A DNA stretch of 64,000 nt from an uncultured Acidimicrobiia bacterium (GCA_963786955.1 CAWBAT010000005.1:480001-544000); one strand, 5' to 3'. Positions 29,542 to 40,600 are shown, counted from the first letter of the stretch. Made by a program: numbers and translations. The notes: generated by a model from the letters alone, not told the origin.

Positions 29542-30642
29542 TTGCGAGAGGGGACAGATACCCGATACTTTGTGGAAGCCGCCGCAAAAGTGCTCGAAGT
29601 TTTGGAAAGCTTTGACAGCTACGAAGAAGAACTTACGGCCAGCGAAGTTGCGCGTCGAGCCGGGATTCCCTATAGCTCTGCTTTCAGGTTGCTGTATACC
29701 CTGGAAAAGCGTGGCTACGTCACCCGGCGTCCCGGCCGGAAGAAATATATGCGAACACCGATGCGGAAACACTACCGGATCGGCTACGCGGCTCTCGACA
29801 ATAGCGTGATGTTCTCGGATACGATCTCCCGGGGCATCGTGGTCGCCGCCCGGGATGCTGGGGTCGACTTAATCATGAAGGATAATGGATTAAATCCCCA
29901 GAAGGCTCTTACCAATGTAGACATGCTGCTTCAAGAAAAAGTCCAACTGCTGGTTATTTACCAACGCGACGAGGTTGTCGCTCATCTGATTGCAGCCAAG
30001 TGTCACGAGGCTAAAGTCCCGCTGATCGCTCTCAATTTTGCACATCCTGGAGCTTACTATTTCGGAGGAAACAATTATCTGGCAGGTCAATTGGCCGCCA
30101 CTTTCTTGTGCGACTACGCAAGAAAGCATTGGAAGGGAAAGGCAGACAAAGTCCTGATACTAGCTGCCAAGGGACGCGGATCCACGCAAGAACTGCGGAA
30201 AAGGGGGATAAGAGCCACCCTGAGCAAAGGACTTAAGACTCTCCGTCCCCATGATCTCGTCGAAGCCCCGCCCGGGTTCACGTCTCAGGACGGCTACCGC
30301 GAAACCAACTCCTTCCTCAAACGATCCGCTGGTCAACCGAAGCGGATCCTGATCGCAGCCCTTTCTGACTTCCTGGCCATTGGCGCTTCAAAAGCCGTGG
30401 AAAAGCTTGGCTTGGGCAGAACTACGGCGATTGTGGGGACCGGGGCAGCCCGGGATGCCCGCAACATCATCTCACGCGGTGGATCGTTCCGGGCATCGGT
30501 GGCCTACTTTCCGGAGAGCTATGGAGAACGAATCATCACCCTAGCCCTCAAAGTTCTCACCGGGGAAGATGTCCCTTTGACCTCTTACACGAATCACGTG
30601 GTCCTCACCCCCTCCAACATTAAAGACTATTATCCGCAGTAG
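29542..30642 (+). CDS. Transcriptional regulator: IclR-type HTH fused to RbsB/LacI-type sugar-binding domain
   Basis: VEAAAKVLEVLE...LTASEVARRAGIPYSSAFRLLYTLEKRGYV (IclR HTH), then IGYA...GGNNYLAG...SDFLAIGA...SVAYFPESYG (periplasmic-binding fold). Confidence 0.88.
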   Translation: MREGTDTRYFVEAAAKVLEVLESFDSYEEELTASEVARRAGIPYSSAFRLLYTLEKRGYVTRRPGRKKYMRTPMRKHYRIGYAALDNSVMFSDTISRGIVVAARDAGVDLIMKDNGLNPQKALTNVDMLLQEKVQLLVIYQRDEVVAHLIAAKCHEAKVPLIALNFAHPGAYYFGGNNYLAGQLAATFLCDYARKHWKGKADKVLILAAKGRGSTQELRKRGIRATLSKGLKTLRPHDLVEAPPGFTSQDGYRETNSFLKRSAGQPKRILIAALSDFLAIGASKAVEKLGLGRTTAIVGTGAARDARNIISRGGSFRASVAYFPESYGERIITLALKVLTGEDVPLTSYTNHVVLTPSNIKDYYPQ

Positions 30643-30861
30643 ACCGAATTTCGATGGTCCAAGGTCTAAAGTCAAAGGTCGAACGTCCAAAATCGAATTT
30701 CGAAGGTTCAGGGTCGAAGATCCAAGGTCAATGCTCGAAGGTCAAAAAGACTATGGGCGGAATTAGAAAAACAAAGAAGATTATTGGACCTTTGACCTTA
30801 GACTTTGGACTTTAGGCCTCGGACCTTCGACCTTCCAATCGGGACCTTGGACCTTCGACGA
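30641..30861. repeat. Inverted pair of degenerate heptamer tandem arrays (consensus AGGTCNA)
   Basis: 15 units at 30641-30745, a 39-bp spacer, and 11 reverse-complement units (TNGACCT) at 30785-30861. Confidence 0.9.
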
Positions 30862-30916
30862 GAAGAGTAATTTAATCGGACAATGAACAATTGGTCTATT
30901 TCTTTCGCATGCTTGA

Positions 30917-30949
30917 TTGACAGTTTCTAGCCAGCAAGAATACATTTCA
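30917..30949 (+). promoter_or_regulatory. sigma70-type promoter of lactonase operon with overlapping operator-like box
   Basis: TTGACA 30917-22, 18-bp spacer, TACATT 30941-46. AGAA-TACAT-TTCA at 30937-49. Confidence 0.6.
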
Positions 30950-31015
30950 AGTAGTATCTCTATGGGGAAAGCGCGATCGAGGACGGGAATTCCTTAAGTC
31001 AACAGGAGAGACCGA

Positions 31016-31861
31016 ATGCTTTATCCAGTCGATCAGGTCAGAAACTTCGTGACCAAGATAAACCACCCTGAGGGGCTGGCCGTGGGACGTGATGGAACAC
31101 TCTATGCGGGAGGAGAAGCGGGTGAAGTGTATCGCATCTCCCCCGACGGGAAGAAGGTCGAAACCATTGCAAACACGGGAGGCTTTTGTCTGGGGATCAC
31201 CCTGGATCAAGAAGAAAATATTTTTATCTGCGATATGGACAAGCACGCCGTGCTGAAAGTGACCCCAAAGGGCAAGGTGAAGATTTACGCAGATTCCGCC
31301 CACGGACGCAAATTCAGGTGCCCCAATTTCAGCGTCTTTGATTCGACAGGGAATCTCTACGTCAGCGATTCAGGAGAATGGAAACAAGGATCTGGGGTGG
31401 TTTATCGCATAGCACCCAACGGAAAGACTTCTCTATTCTCAGCCGGACCTTTTCACTTTACTAATGGCCTGGCACTCGATGCGCGGGAACAGTATCTTTA
31501 TGTCGTCGAGAGCAATTTGAATCGAGTCCTGCGCATTGGAATCAGGCCTGACGGCAGCGCCGACCGGCCGGAGGTTTTTATCGATGGAATCGAGCGCGGT
31601 CCTGACGGGCTGGCCTTTGACGTTCATGGAGATTTGTACGTCACTACTTACGCGACCAATTGTATTTACCGGGTCACTCAGGACCGCAGGGTCAGTCTGG
31701 TGTGCCGGGATTTAGAAAATTTGTTGTTATGCCAGCCGACCAATTGTGCCTTCGGAGGTCCACGCTTCGATCAGTTGTTTTTGTCCAACCTGGGTCGTGA
31801 CCATATCTCTGTTCTTGATCTCAAGATAAAAGGGCAGCCGCTTTGGCATCACCGGGTATGA
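31016..31861 (+). CDS. SMP-30/gluconolactonase/LRE family sugar lactonase
   Basis: HPEG, CPNF, FTNGLAL, GPDGLAFD and PTNCAFGG. RBS AGGAG. Confidence 0.92.
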   Translation: MLYPVDQVRNFVTKINHPEGLAVGRDGTLYAGGEAGEVYRISPDGKKVETIANTGGFCLGITLDQEENIFICDMDKHAVLKVTPKGKVKIYADSAHGRKFRCPNFSVFDSTGNLYVSDSGEWKQGSGVVYRIAPNGKTSLFSAGPFHFTNGLALDAREQYLYVVESNLNRVLRIGIRPDGSADRPEVFIDGIERGPDGLAFDVHGDLYVTTYATNCIYRVTQDRRVSLVCRDLENLLLCQPTNCAFGGPRFDQLFLSNLGRDHISVLDLKIKGQPLWHHRV

Positions 31862-32098
31862 GTGCCATTCCCTGAATTCTGACAGGGAAAACCAACCTTC
31901 TTCCCTTCTGGACCTCGAATAGAAGTCAGCAAAAATTCTTTTCCAAAATGGTAAGGAAGAATAAACCGTCAAGAAAGCTCCACGGGAGTTTAGAATGACC
32001 CACCTGCCCCTCTCCGACCCGCTCTCTGCGAAGGAGCCGAGCAGCCTCTTTGAATTTTCCCTTTGCAAGGAGGGACGAACCAGAAAAGGTAGAAAACC

Positions 32099-33127
32099 AT
32101 GACTTTCGGAATCATGCTCATCCTGGTAGCAGGGATCATGGGCGCCAGTTTTGCCGTGCCCATGCGCTATATGCAGCGCTGGGCGTGGGAAAACATTTGG
32201 ACTGTGTGGTCTGTAGTGGCTCTGTTGATCGTCCCGTGGGCGTTGGCCTTTTCCACGGTTTCTGGCCTGGGCACAGTGTATGGTGAAGCCGGAATCAAAG
32301 CTCTTTGTCTGACGGGAACTTTGGGATTTCTTTGGGGAATTGCCGGCTTCCTTTTTGGACTGAGCGTTGAACTCGTCGGCATGTCATTGACTTTCGCCGT
32401 CGTCAACGGAATGTCATCTGCCATCGGGAGCCTGGTTCCTCTCCTGGTGCTTCACAGACAGAGCGTCTTCACTTCGGGAGGTCTCTTGGTTTCTGTTGGT
32501 GTGTTCGGAGTAGTGATGGGAGTTCTTCTCTGTTCCTGGGCAGGGAGCCTTCGGGCCAAAACTAAAGAGGATCCGGCCAATACTACAATGTCAAAGGGAA
32601 ATTCCGCCAATTTCTGGCGCGGCTTAGCCGTAACATTTGGCTCTGCAGTTCTGGCCCCTTGTCTTAACCTGGGGATTGCCTTTGGCCGTGAAATCACTGC
32701 CGCAGCGGTTAACCACGGTACTTCTCCGGCCGCCTCCACCAATGGGTTGCTTGCCATCCTCTTCACGGGAGGCTTCCTCTCGAATATCGCTTACTGTGTT
32801 TACCGCATTCGGAAAAACAGAACGGCCGGCTTGTTTGCGATCACGGAGAGTAAAAAGTACTTCGCGTTGGGAGCCCTCATGGGCGCCTTATGGATCTTTT
32901 CTTATGCCATTTACGGATCCTCTCTTTCGTTTCTTGGAGAATTTGGTACGGTAGCCGGTTGGCCAATCCTGATGGCAGCCATTACGATTGCATCGAGTCT
33001 GTGGGATGTCGCTTTTGGAGACTGGCGCAAAGGGCCGCTTCGCATCATGGCACTGGGCGTGGCTCTCTTGATTGCCATGGTCGGGTTGATTAGTTTTGGA
33101 ATGGCCCGCCTGCAGCAAGGAGTATGA
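32099..33127 (+). CDS. RhaT-like (L-rhamnose/H+ symporter family) sugar transporter
   Basis: About 10 TM segments, SFAVPM...WAWENIW, GFLWGI...FGL...GMSL and GGFLSNIAYC. Confidence 0.88.
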   Translation: MTFGIMLILVAGIMGASFAVPMRYMQRWAWENIWTVWSVVALLIVPWALAFSTVSGLGTVYGEAGIKALCLTGTLGFLWGIAGFLFGLSVELVGMSLTFAVVNGMSSAIGSLVPLLVLHRQSVFTSGGLLVSVGVFGVVMGVLLCSWAGSLRAKTKEDPANTTMSKGNSANFWRGLAVTFGSAVLAPCLNLGIAFGREITAAAVNHGTSPAASTNGLLAILFTGGFLSNIAYCVYRIRKNRTAGLFAITESKKYFALGALMGALWIFSYAIYGSSLSFLGEFGTVAGWPILMAAITIASSLWDVAFGDWRKGPLRIMALGVALLIAMVGLISFGMARLQQGV

Positions 33128-33133
33128 GATAAC

Positions 33134-36100
33134 ATGGACCGTCGGAAATTCATCCGAAACGGAAGCCTGCTGGCCGTTAGCTTCGGTGCGGGCACCCGAA
33201 TTTTCCCGTGGGAAAATGGCGAGCGATTGCTGGCCGCAATCCCTGAAACGGCAGTGAAGAATACCAACTGGGCAAGTGTTGATGAGAAGGCGGCAGCAAA
33301 AGCATCGTCTTATATCATCGACCCTCCGTGGGGATATGAACCTGGGAACGCTATCCTCGAAGATCTTCACCGAGGCTGGGCGACCGACAGCGAAACAACT
33401 GGAGCCTGGTTGGAGATTCGTTTTCCTGAACCGAGACCGGTCCAGGAAATCTGGTTGGTCGGCAGGGCTCATCCCTATAACCTTGAGGGGCAGGATCCCT
33501 ACCTTGTGATCTATGCCCGCCGGGAGACACCCGGTGCGCCGCAGAAGATCACTTGCACGCTCTCGGGGGGCGACGTTCAAACCGCGGAATTACGGCAGGC
33601 AAGCTTTTATCAAATCATTCGTCTGCCGAAGCAGGAACTCACGGAATCAGTCCGGCTCACGGTCAACGAAGTCTGGCCTGAGCCTGGGACGAAGGGTGTG
33701 GGACTGGGAAAGGTGAGAGTCTTTTCGCAGCTTCATAGTCCTTCTTTCGAAATGACTGTCTATCCAAATTACGATGCTCAACAGGGTAAAGCACTCCAGG
33801 CAGCCACGCTTCTTTTTGTCAACCCGGGAGAACAGATTGCCGATGGCAAACTTCAAATCCTGCAAGGTGGAACTCTCCTGGCCACTCTCAGCCTGCAGAC
33901 GATCCCATCCCAGTCAGCTTACAGCCAGGATTTGTGGATTCCGGCCCCCTTTGAAGACTGCGACTGGGAATTCAAAGTAACAAGCCAAGCCACTAGTCTG
34001 AAGTTGAGCCAAAGACTGCGCGTCTCAGCCTATCGCTCGTATTTTGACGGCGGCGTCTTTGGGTATCATTGCAGCAACCACAATGACCTGGGATGGCTGG
34101 ACACTCAGGAAAAGACAGCGGACTATCGATCCGAGGTTCTGATCCTCCCCGCCATGAAGCTGTTGAAAGAGAATCCCGAATTCCGTTACTCAATGGAGTG
34201 TACTGCTTATTTGATGGAATTCCTTGATCGTCATCCAGAGAAGCGCAATGAATTAGCAGAGTACATCAAAGAGGGACGTTTCACCTGGGGAGCTAGTTAT
34301 GTTCAAGTGCAGGAAGTTCATGTGGGGCCAGAGAAACTCGTGCGACAGTTTTACCTGGGGAAACGCTGGTTGAGGAAGACATTTGGAGTGGATAGCCATT
34401 GGTATATGAAAACTGACCCACCATCGATGACCCTCCAGATGCCCCAGATTCTGCGTAAGGCCGGGATCAATTACATCGTCCAGGGTCGCATGCCTTATGG
34501 TTATTATCGGTGGAGGTCTCCGGACGGGTCCGAGATCCTGACATATGCCTATCATTATATTGACCATTGGAGACTGCTGGACTTCAAGACCAACCACGGA
34601 TGGTTGGCCTATGCAGCAGCGCGTGAAAACTACTATGCCTCTCACAAACTTCCTCCCCTGATTTGCTACGACTATGCCAGCGATTATCTTCCGCCGCAAC
34701 CTGGCTTGATCCCATACGTCAAAGAGCAAAACCAGGCCATGAAGCGGTTCCGAGAAAGTTGGAATAGGCACTTCGCCGAGCAGAAGGATAGACAGATCCA
34801 TCCGCCAGAACTTACGTTTGTCGAGCCAGAAGGATTTCTCGATAAGTTATCGTCCAACCCGCTAAACATAGAGACACTCAGCGGAGATTGGCCATTCAGC
34901 TGGGCTTACTATGACGAACCTTCCAATCGAGAGGGTCTGTTGGCAGGACGCGAAGCACACAATCGCCTTCTGGCAGCGGAGCGAGTCCTCGCCGGACTTG
35001 GGGATTGGGACTCATATCCTGGCAAAATCCTTGCAGACGCTTGGCAAGCCAATTGTTGGCCCGATCATGGTTGGGGAGGGAACAGAGGAATCGCCACGGA
35101 CGCTGCTTACGTAGCCTCTTACGAAAAGTCGAAAAAGTTGGCAGATCAACTTCTTGAGAGGGTCGGCAGGCATCTTACTTCAGCGGTTCCAAAGGGAGCA
35201 GAAAAACAGTTGCCTTTGGTCGTGATGAATCCCGTTTCGTGGAAGCGCAGCGATGCGGTGAGGTGTGCAATTGATTTGCCGGCCGGTTGGGATTTTGTGG
35301 CTCTTCGTGACGACACAGGGAATCCTGTCCCCCTTCAAAAGATCTCCGAACCAAAAGGAGGACGCAAAGTAGAAGTTATTTTCCTGGCAGAGGATGTACC
35401 ATCGGTAGGTTACCGCACATACTATATAGAACCTTCGGATACCCCTCCTCCGCCTGCCCGGCTGCCCAATGACGTCATCGAAAATGAATATTCGAGAATT
35501 GAGATTGATGTTGGAGGGCTCAAGTCGTTTTTTGATAAGCGGCTCCGCCGGGAGGTGTTGCGAACTGAGAAATTCTTCGGAGGAGAAATTCTGCAGTTCA
35601 CGGCCCCCGGCCAGGCCTGGGAAGACCCGGAAATTGTGACCATGGATGATTTTGACAGGACGGCCAATCACCCCTTTTCTATCGAGGGTCCGTTCCGGGG
35701 GCCTGTGCGAATGACCGCGGTTTGCACTTCCCAGTTCAAGCACTTTGCGCTCCGACAACACTTCAGTCTCTACCATGGGCTCGACCGAGTGGAAATCGAA
35801 ATCGAGATCGTCAATTGGAATGGACAGAAGGATCGAGAATTACGTGTCGCATTCCCCATCAACATCGAGGAAGCACGCTTGTCTTATGAAGTTCCTTTCG
35901 GGACAGTGGAAATGGGGAAAGACGAGTTAGACTTTTCGTTGTTGCCTTCAGACTCGTATCCGACGATCTTCGTGCCGCAGGTGTATGGAGCCGTGCACCC
36001 GTTGCGTTTTCGCGAAGCGATTAATTGGATCGATGCTTCGTCATCGCAGTATCAGGGATTCGGTGTCCTGGGCGCCTCAGACAGCATGGTGCACCTGTTC

Positions 36101-36616
36101 AAGGACGAAACGACGAATCCCGTCTCTTACCCTATACTCCAGCACGTCCTCCTATCAACCCGTAAGAGCCTTGCCTGGAATCCAGATTACTGGTTTACCC
36201 AGGAGGGAAGCCACCGCTATCGAATGGCACTATTCACTCATCAAGGGAACTGGCGGTCCCGACATCGGGACGCCATCGCTTTCAATTATCCCTTGGTTGC
36301 CTTCGTGGCCTCACCTGGAGAGACAGCGAAAACCCCCTCTCTTCCGGCCAGCCGGGAATTCTTGAGGCTGGAACCGAAGAATTTGGTTTTGACGGCCATG
36401 AAGAAAGCTGAAGATGATGAGCGCATCGTACTGCGCTTTTACGAAGCAGAAGGCCAAGCCGTTCGTTCGCGGATCAAACTCTGTAAACCGATTCAGCAGG
36501 CTTGGCGGGCAAGCTTGATCGAAGATGATGAAGAAAAACTGCCTGTCTCAACGGATGGGACCGTTGAATTTGAGGTTAGCCCTTGGGAAATTGTAACGAT
36601 GAAGATTGCCGTATAG
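33134..36616 (+). CDS. GH38-like hydrolase, Tat-exported, with discoidin/F5/8-like N-terminal module
   Basis: MDRRKFI, AWLEIRFPEPRPV, NHNDLGWLD, EKLVRQFYLG, MPQILRKAG, YEVPFG and MKKAEDD...LRFYE. Confidence 0.88.
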   Translation: MDRRKFIRNGSLLAVSFGAGTRIFPWENGERLLAAIPETAVKNTNWASVDEKAAAKASSYIIDPPWGYEPGNAILEDLHRGWATDSETTGAWLEIRFPEPRPVQEIWLVGRAHPYNLEGQDPYLVIYARRETPGAPQKITCTLSGGDVQTAELRQASFYQIIRLPKQELTESVRLTVNEVWPEPGTKGVGLGKVRVFSQLHSPSFEMTVYPNYDAQQGKALQAATLLFVNPGEQIADGKLQILQGGTLLATLSLQTIPSQSAYSQDLWIPAPFEDCDWEFKVTSQATSLKLSQRLRVSAYRSYFDGGVFGYHCSNHNDLGWLDTQEKTADYRSEVLILPAMKLLKENPEFRYSMECTAYLMEFLDRHPEKRNELAEYIKEGRFTWGASYVQVQEVHVGPEKLVRQFYLGKRWLRKTFGVDSHWYMKTDPPSMTLQMPQILRKAGINYIVQGRMPYGYYRWRSPDGSEILTYAYHYIDHWRLLDFKTNHGWLAYAAARENYYASHKLPPLICYDYASDYLPPQPGLIPYVKEQNQAMKRFRESWNRHFAEQKDRQIHPPELTFVEPEGFLDKLSSNPLNIETLSGDWPFSWAYYDEPSNREGLLAGREAHNRLLAAERVLAGLGDWDSYPGKILADAWQANCWPDHGWGGNRGIATDAAYVASYEKSKKLADQLLERVGRHLTSAVPKGAEKQLPLVVMNPVSWKRSDAVRCAIDLPAGWDFVALRDDTGNPVPLQKISEPKGGRKVEVIFLAEDVPSVGYRTYYIEPSDTPPPPARLPNDVIENEYSRIEIDVGGLKSFFDKRLRREVLRTEKFFGGEILQFTAPGQAWEDPEIVTMDDFDRTANHPFSIEGPFRGPVRMTAVCTSQFKHFALRQHFSLYHGLDRVEIEIEIVNWNGQKDRELRVAFPINIEEARLSYEVPFGTVEMGKDELDFSLLPSDSYPTIFVPQVYGAVHPLRFREAINWIDASSSQYQGFGVLGASDSMVHLFKDETTNPVSYPILQHVLLSTRKSLAWNPDYWFTQEGSHRYRMALFTHQGNWRSRHRDAIAFNYPLVAFVASPGETAKTPSLPASREFLRLEPKNLVLTAMKKAEDDERIVLRFYEAEGQAVRSRIKLCKPIQQAWRASLIEDDEEKLPVSTDGTVEFEVSPWEIVTMKIAV

Positions 36617-36705
36617 GGAAGGTCGAATGCCGATCGGAGCGGTTGTAGCAGAGCCTCTCTTTTCGAGTCTGCCGAATTTATCATAGCCGCAAAGGAAAAC
36701 ATAAC

Positions 36706-37483
36706 ATGCGCTTGAAAGATCGTGTGGCATTGGTGACGGGTATGGCCATGGGGATCGGTCAGGGTGATCGCGGAATTATTTGCACAAGAAGGGGCTGCCG
36801 TCATTGGAATCGATATCGATGAAAAACTGGGCAACCAGGTAGCGGGGAAGATTTTGTCAGATGGAGGGCGCTGCCAGTTCCTTGTCGGCGACGTCGGTTC
36901 GGAAGAATCAGTCCAGACCTGTGTTCAGGCAGGTCTGGATCAATTCGGAAGGATTGATGTTCTGGTTAATGTCGTTGGAATCGCAGCTGAGTGCCCGGTA
37001 GACAAACTCGAGCTAGCCGAGTGGGACCGGATTCTTCGGGTGAACTTGACCAGCGTGTATCTAACCTCAAAGTTCGTTTTGCCCGGCATGTTGGATCAGA
37101 AACGCGGATCCATTATTCATGTCTCATCCGTTCAGGCCTTGCTTGGATTCCCGGGGTATCCCCATTATGCTGCCAGTAAAGGCGCCATCATTAGCCTGAC
37201 CCGTCAAATGGCGTCGGAATACGCCTGCCGTGGGATCCGCGTGAACTGCATTGCTCCCGGCACCATAGAAACCCCCATGAATGTGAAAGTGCTGGAGCGT
37301 GCCCCTGACCCGAAGAAACTTCGGGAAGCCTGGGCAAGGATGCATCCAATGGGGCGGATCGGTCAACCCGTTGATATTGGCTATGCAGCAGTTTATTTGG
37401 CATGTGATGAGTCTTCATTTGTGACTGGCCAATATCTAGTAGTGGATGGCGGAGTCTCCAGCTGTGCCCCATTACGACTGTAG
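36706..37483 (+). CDS. SDR family NAD(P)-dependent oxidoreductase, +1 frameshift at 36762-36764
   Basis: ATG at 36706 after AAGGA gives MRLKDRVALVTGMAMGIG (TGxxxGxG). Removing one G of GGG joins it to the ORF with SS...YAASK, IRVNCIAPG and VDGG. Confidence 0.88.
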
Positions 37484-37495
37484 TCCGCATTCCTT

Positions 37496-37595
37496 CAGAG
37501 GGGGTCGCTCGCCTGAGCGTTCCCCGGTTTTCCTGGAGCACTGAACTGAAATGGTTTCGCTACTCACGAGGGAACGGATCAGCGTTGGTTCCCTA
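37496..37595. repeat. Degenerate REP doublet, GTAGGGAAC class
   Basis: GGGGTCGCTCGCCTGAGCGTTCCCC and GAGGGAACGGATCAGCGTTGGTTCCCTAC. Confidence 0.55.
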
Positions 37596-37668
37596 CGTCG
37601 CTCACAATTAATTACCCCCCTCCTTCCCTCAACGGAGGAGATTTAACAAACTTCGAGGAGAGATCACT

Positions 37669-40600
37669 ATGATGCGGACACTTCGGCCTCTTATCTTTCT
37701 CACTCTCATCTTCTTTTCCATGTTTCTATTACTGCCCCTCACCTCTTTGGGAGTACCGATCAACGTGGAGGTTCAGTCCTGCTCAGGGACGACATCGCTG
37801 AGCAAGCAGGGAGACGTAACCCGGATCACCCTGGACGCTCCAAAAGAAATTACCTACGAAAGCGGGGGCTGTTCAATGGTTGACAGCTTCGATCTCGCAG
37901 AAAACCCGGTGTTGGATTTTTGGATCCGTGTCAAAGGGAATCACTCTGTAGCTTTTTCTGTGGGCTTCGGCAAGTCTGGCATTGCTTACGCAGGTTACCA
38001 GGGAACTGCCCTGCACGCCCTTAATATTGTCGGGATTCAATATGGCGTCCCCAGCCTGGGCGACCTGGGTTCAATTAATGACGGAGAATGGCACCACATT
38101 GTTTATGACCTCGGCTTCGCCGTCGAGACCCAGCTTGGGGGAAAACCGGAAACGATAAGAAAAGCTCAATTAGCCATCGGCGATAGGCAGGCAGCTCTGA
38201 ATATTTTTGCGGGTGTCCCAGCCCAACCTCTGCCGGAAACGGTAGATTTGCGCAACGTTGTGCTGCGTTCCCGGCAAGCCAATGAAAGCTGTTTTAACGA
38301 CGTGTACTTATCTCTCGCTGCCGTCCCGACGAAGGGTTCCGGAGAGGGGGCTACGCAACTGGTTGCTGGTTCCATCACGAGCCGCCAGTCACTGCCCGGC
38401 GCCGAACTGATCATTGAGAGTGGAAATACAGCCGTTACGAAAGAAAACTTCGGCACTATTCAGGGCCGTAAGGATTTTGCAATGAGTGTCGTGGTACCTG
38501 ACTACCAGCGCGGAATTCGCGCCAGAGTCCTGTCGAACAGCAAAACCGTTGCAGAACGCAAGTTGCAGCTTCTTCCACCTCTGACTGCCCTTGCCAACGC
38601 GACCATCCATATCATTCCGAACAGTCACAATGATATAGCCTGGCTGGACTCGCCCGAGATTACGGCTGACTGGCGGCGAGACATGGTCATTGGCCCGGCG
38701 ATACCGCTGCTCGAGAAATATCCAGATTATCGTTACGGGATGGAAACGACTCTCTTTTTGATTGAGTACCTGCATCGAGCGCCATTTCAAGCCGAGAAGA
38801 TTCGTAAACTGACGGCTGAAGGGCGACTCGGGTGGGGCGCTACCTTCAACCAGCCTTATCAGTCACTGTGGCGGGGAGAAAGCCTGGTTCGTCAGCTGTA
38901 TTACGGCCGGAAATGGATGCGCGAGAATCTTGGGCCGGATGTAGATTGCGTCACCGCCTGGGGAACAGATGTCCCGTCCGTCACCATGCAGATGCCACAG
39001 ATTTTCGCCAAGTCCGGGAGTGAAATACTTGATGCTGGGTCGATTTCGACCTGGAGTCTTCAACTGGTACAGCCCCGATGGATCGAAGATTGCTGTCGGC
39101 TCCCAAGGAATGTATGGGCGATTATCGGCGTACATAGAGCCCTACCAACCTCTTGATGCGGCTCTGAAATTGCCTCAACTGCTTACTCATTGGAATGACT
39201 ACTATCAGAAGAATGATATCCCTCCGCATTTTGCCATCACTGATATGACTGACTACTTGCCTCCAACAGAGGAACTCGTTCCACTGATCCACAATTGGGA
39301 CAAGGAGATCAAACAAAAATATGGTCTTGATCTCAATTTAAGGTTCTCGACAGGTGAAGATTTCATGAAGGCCATCACATCCAATCCGTCTGCCAAATTC
39401 CCGGATCTGAAGGGTGATTGGCCAAATGTCTGGGCTTATATCCACGGGCCGACTCACCACGACACCGTTTCAGCCGGCAGAGAAGCCGTCTGGTTGCTTG
39501 CTTCCGCTGAAAAATTTTGGACATTGGTGGACATGGCCTCTGAGGGAAAAGAGCAATACCCTAAGTCAACTTTTGATAACGCCTGGATGGCCCAGATTTA
39601 TCCGGATCATGGGTACGGAGGGTATCGTGGAGCAATCACCGACATCGAGTTCCAGGCCAAGGAGCAAGAGGCACTCCTTATCGGAAAGACCTTGTTAAAT
39701 AGTTCCATTGAGTGGATTGCAGAGCATGCAACCCCTGTGGACCCCAAATTATCCAAGCTGGTCGTCTTGAATCCGCTCTCCTGGGATCGTTCTGGAATTG
39801 CACTGGTCGATATACCGACGCCTGGAGGGCAAGAAGCCCAAGTCGTAAACGCCGACGGGAGCGCCGTGCCAGTGCAGCGCATTCCTCAACCCTCGGGTGG
39901 GAAGGTGAAATACCTCGTCGACTGCAGAAAGATCCCCTCCGTAGGTTATTCTACCTTTTCAGTTCGCTACACAGTTCCAGAGAAGCAGTCCCTTAATCCG
40001 GCGACTTTAAGTTCCCATACCCTTGAGAACGAATTCTACCGCCTCGAACTTGTTCCAGGGGGAGTGAAGAGCATCTATGACAAACAACTCCAAAAAGAGC
40101 TGCTGAATACCGAGGCCTTTCTCGGCGGAGAGATCTTCATGATGGATTCTGTCGGGAATGGTGCCCATGAGCTCGGGTCCTTTCAGCAGCCGTCGTGGAA
40201 GAAAATTGAAAAGCTCAGCCAGTATAATCCCGGCTGGCGAATGTTGGAGTCTGGACCCATTCGCACGGGTTGGAGAATCGAACAGGCTTTCAAGGAAGCT
40301 ACCTTGCGCCTGGACGTTTATCTTTACAAGCACTACAAGCGTCTCGACTTTGATGCTGAAATCCTCAATTGGTCTGGAGAGAAGTTCAAAGAGTTCCGAA
40401 TGGCTTTCCCTGTCAACATGCCTGGTGGACAAGTTGCCTACGAAGTTCCATACGGCGCACTGGAGGTCGGCAAAGATGAAATCGATGCCATTCCGTTCAA
40501 AGGTTGGTATTCGCAGCATCCCTATGATATTCACCCGCGCGAGGTGCAGGATTGGATCGCGGTTTCCGACGGAAAGCAGACCGTGATGCTCTCTTCTTCG

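Noticed and set aside
30641-30861. Possible CRISPR array
   Set aside because: 7-bp tandem units with no unique spacers and no cas genes.
36762-39018. Programmed frameshifting or phase variation at the two GGG sites
   Set aside because: Runs of three G are too short and no slippery motif is present; error or point mutation is simpler.
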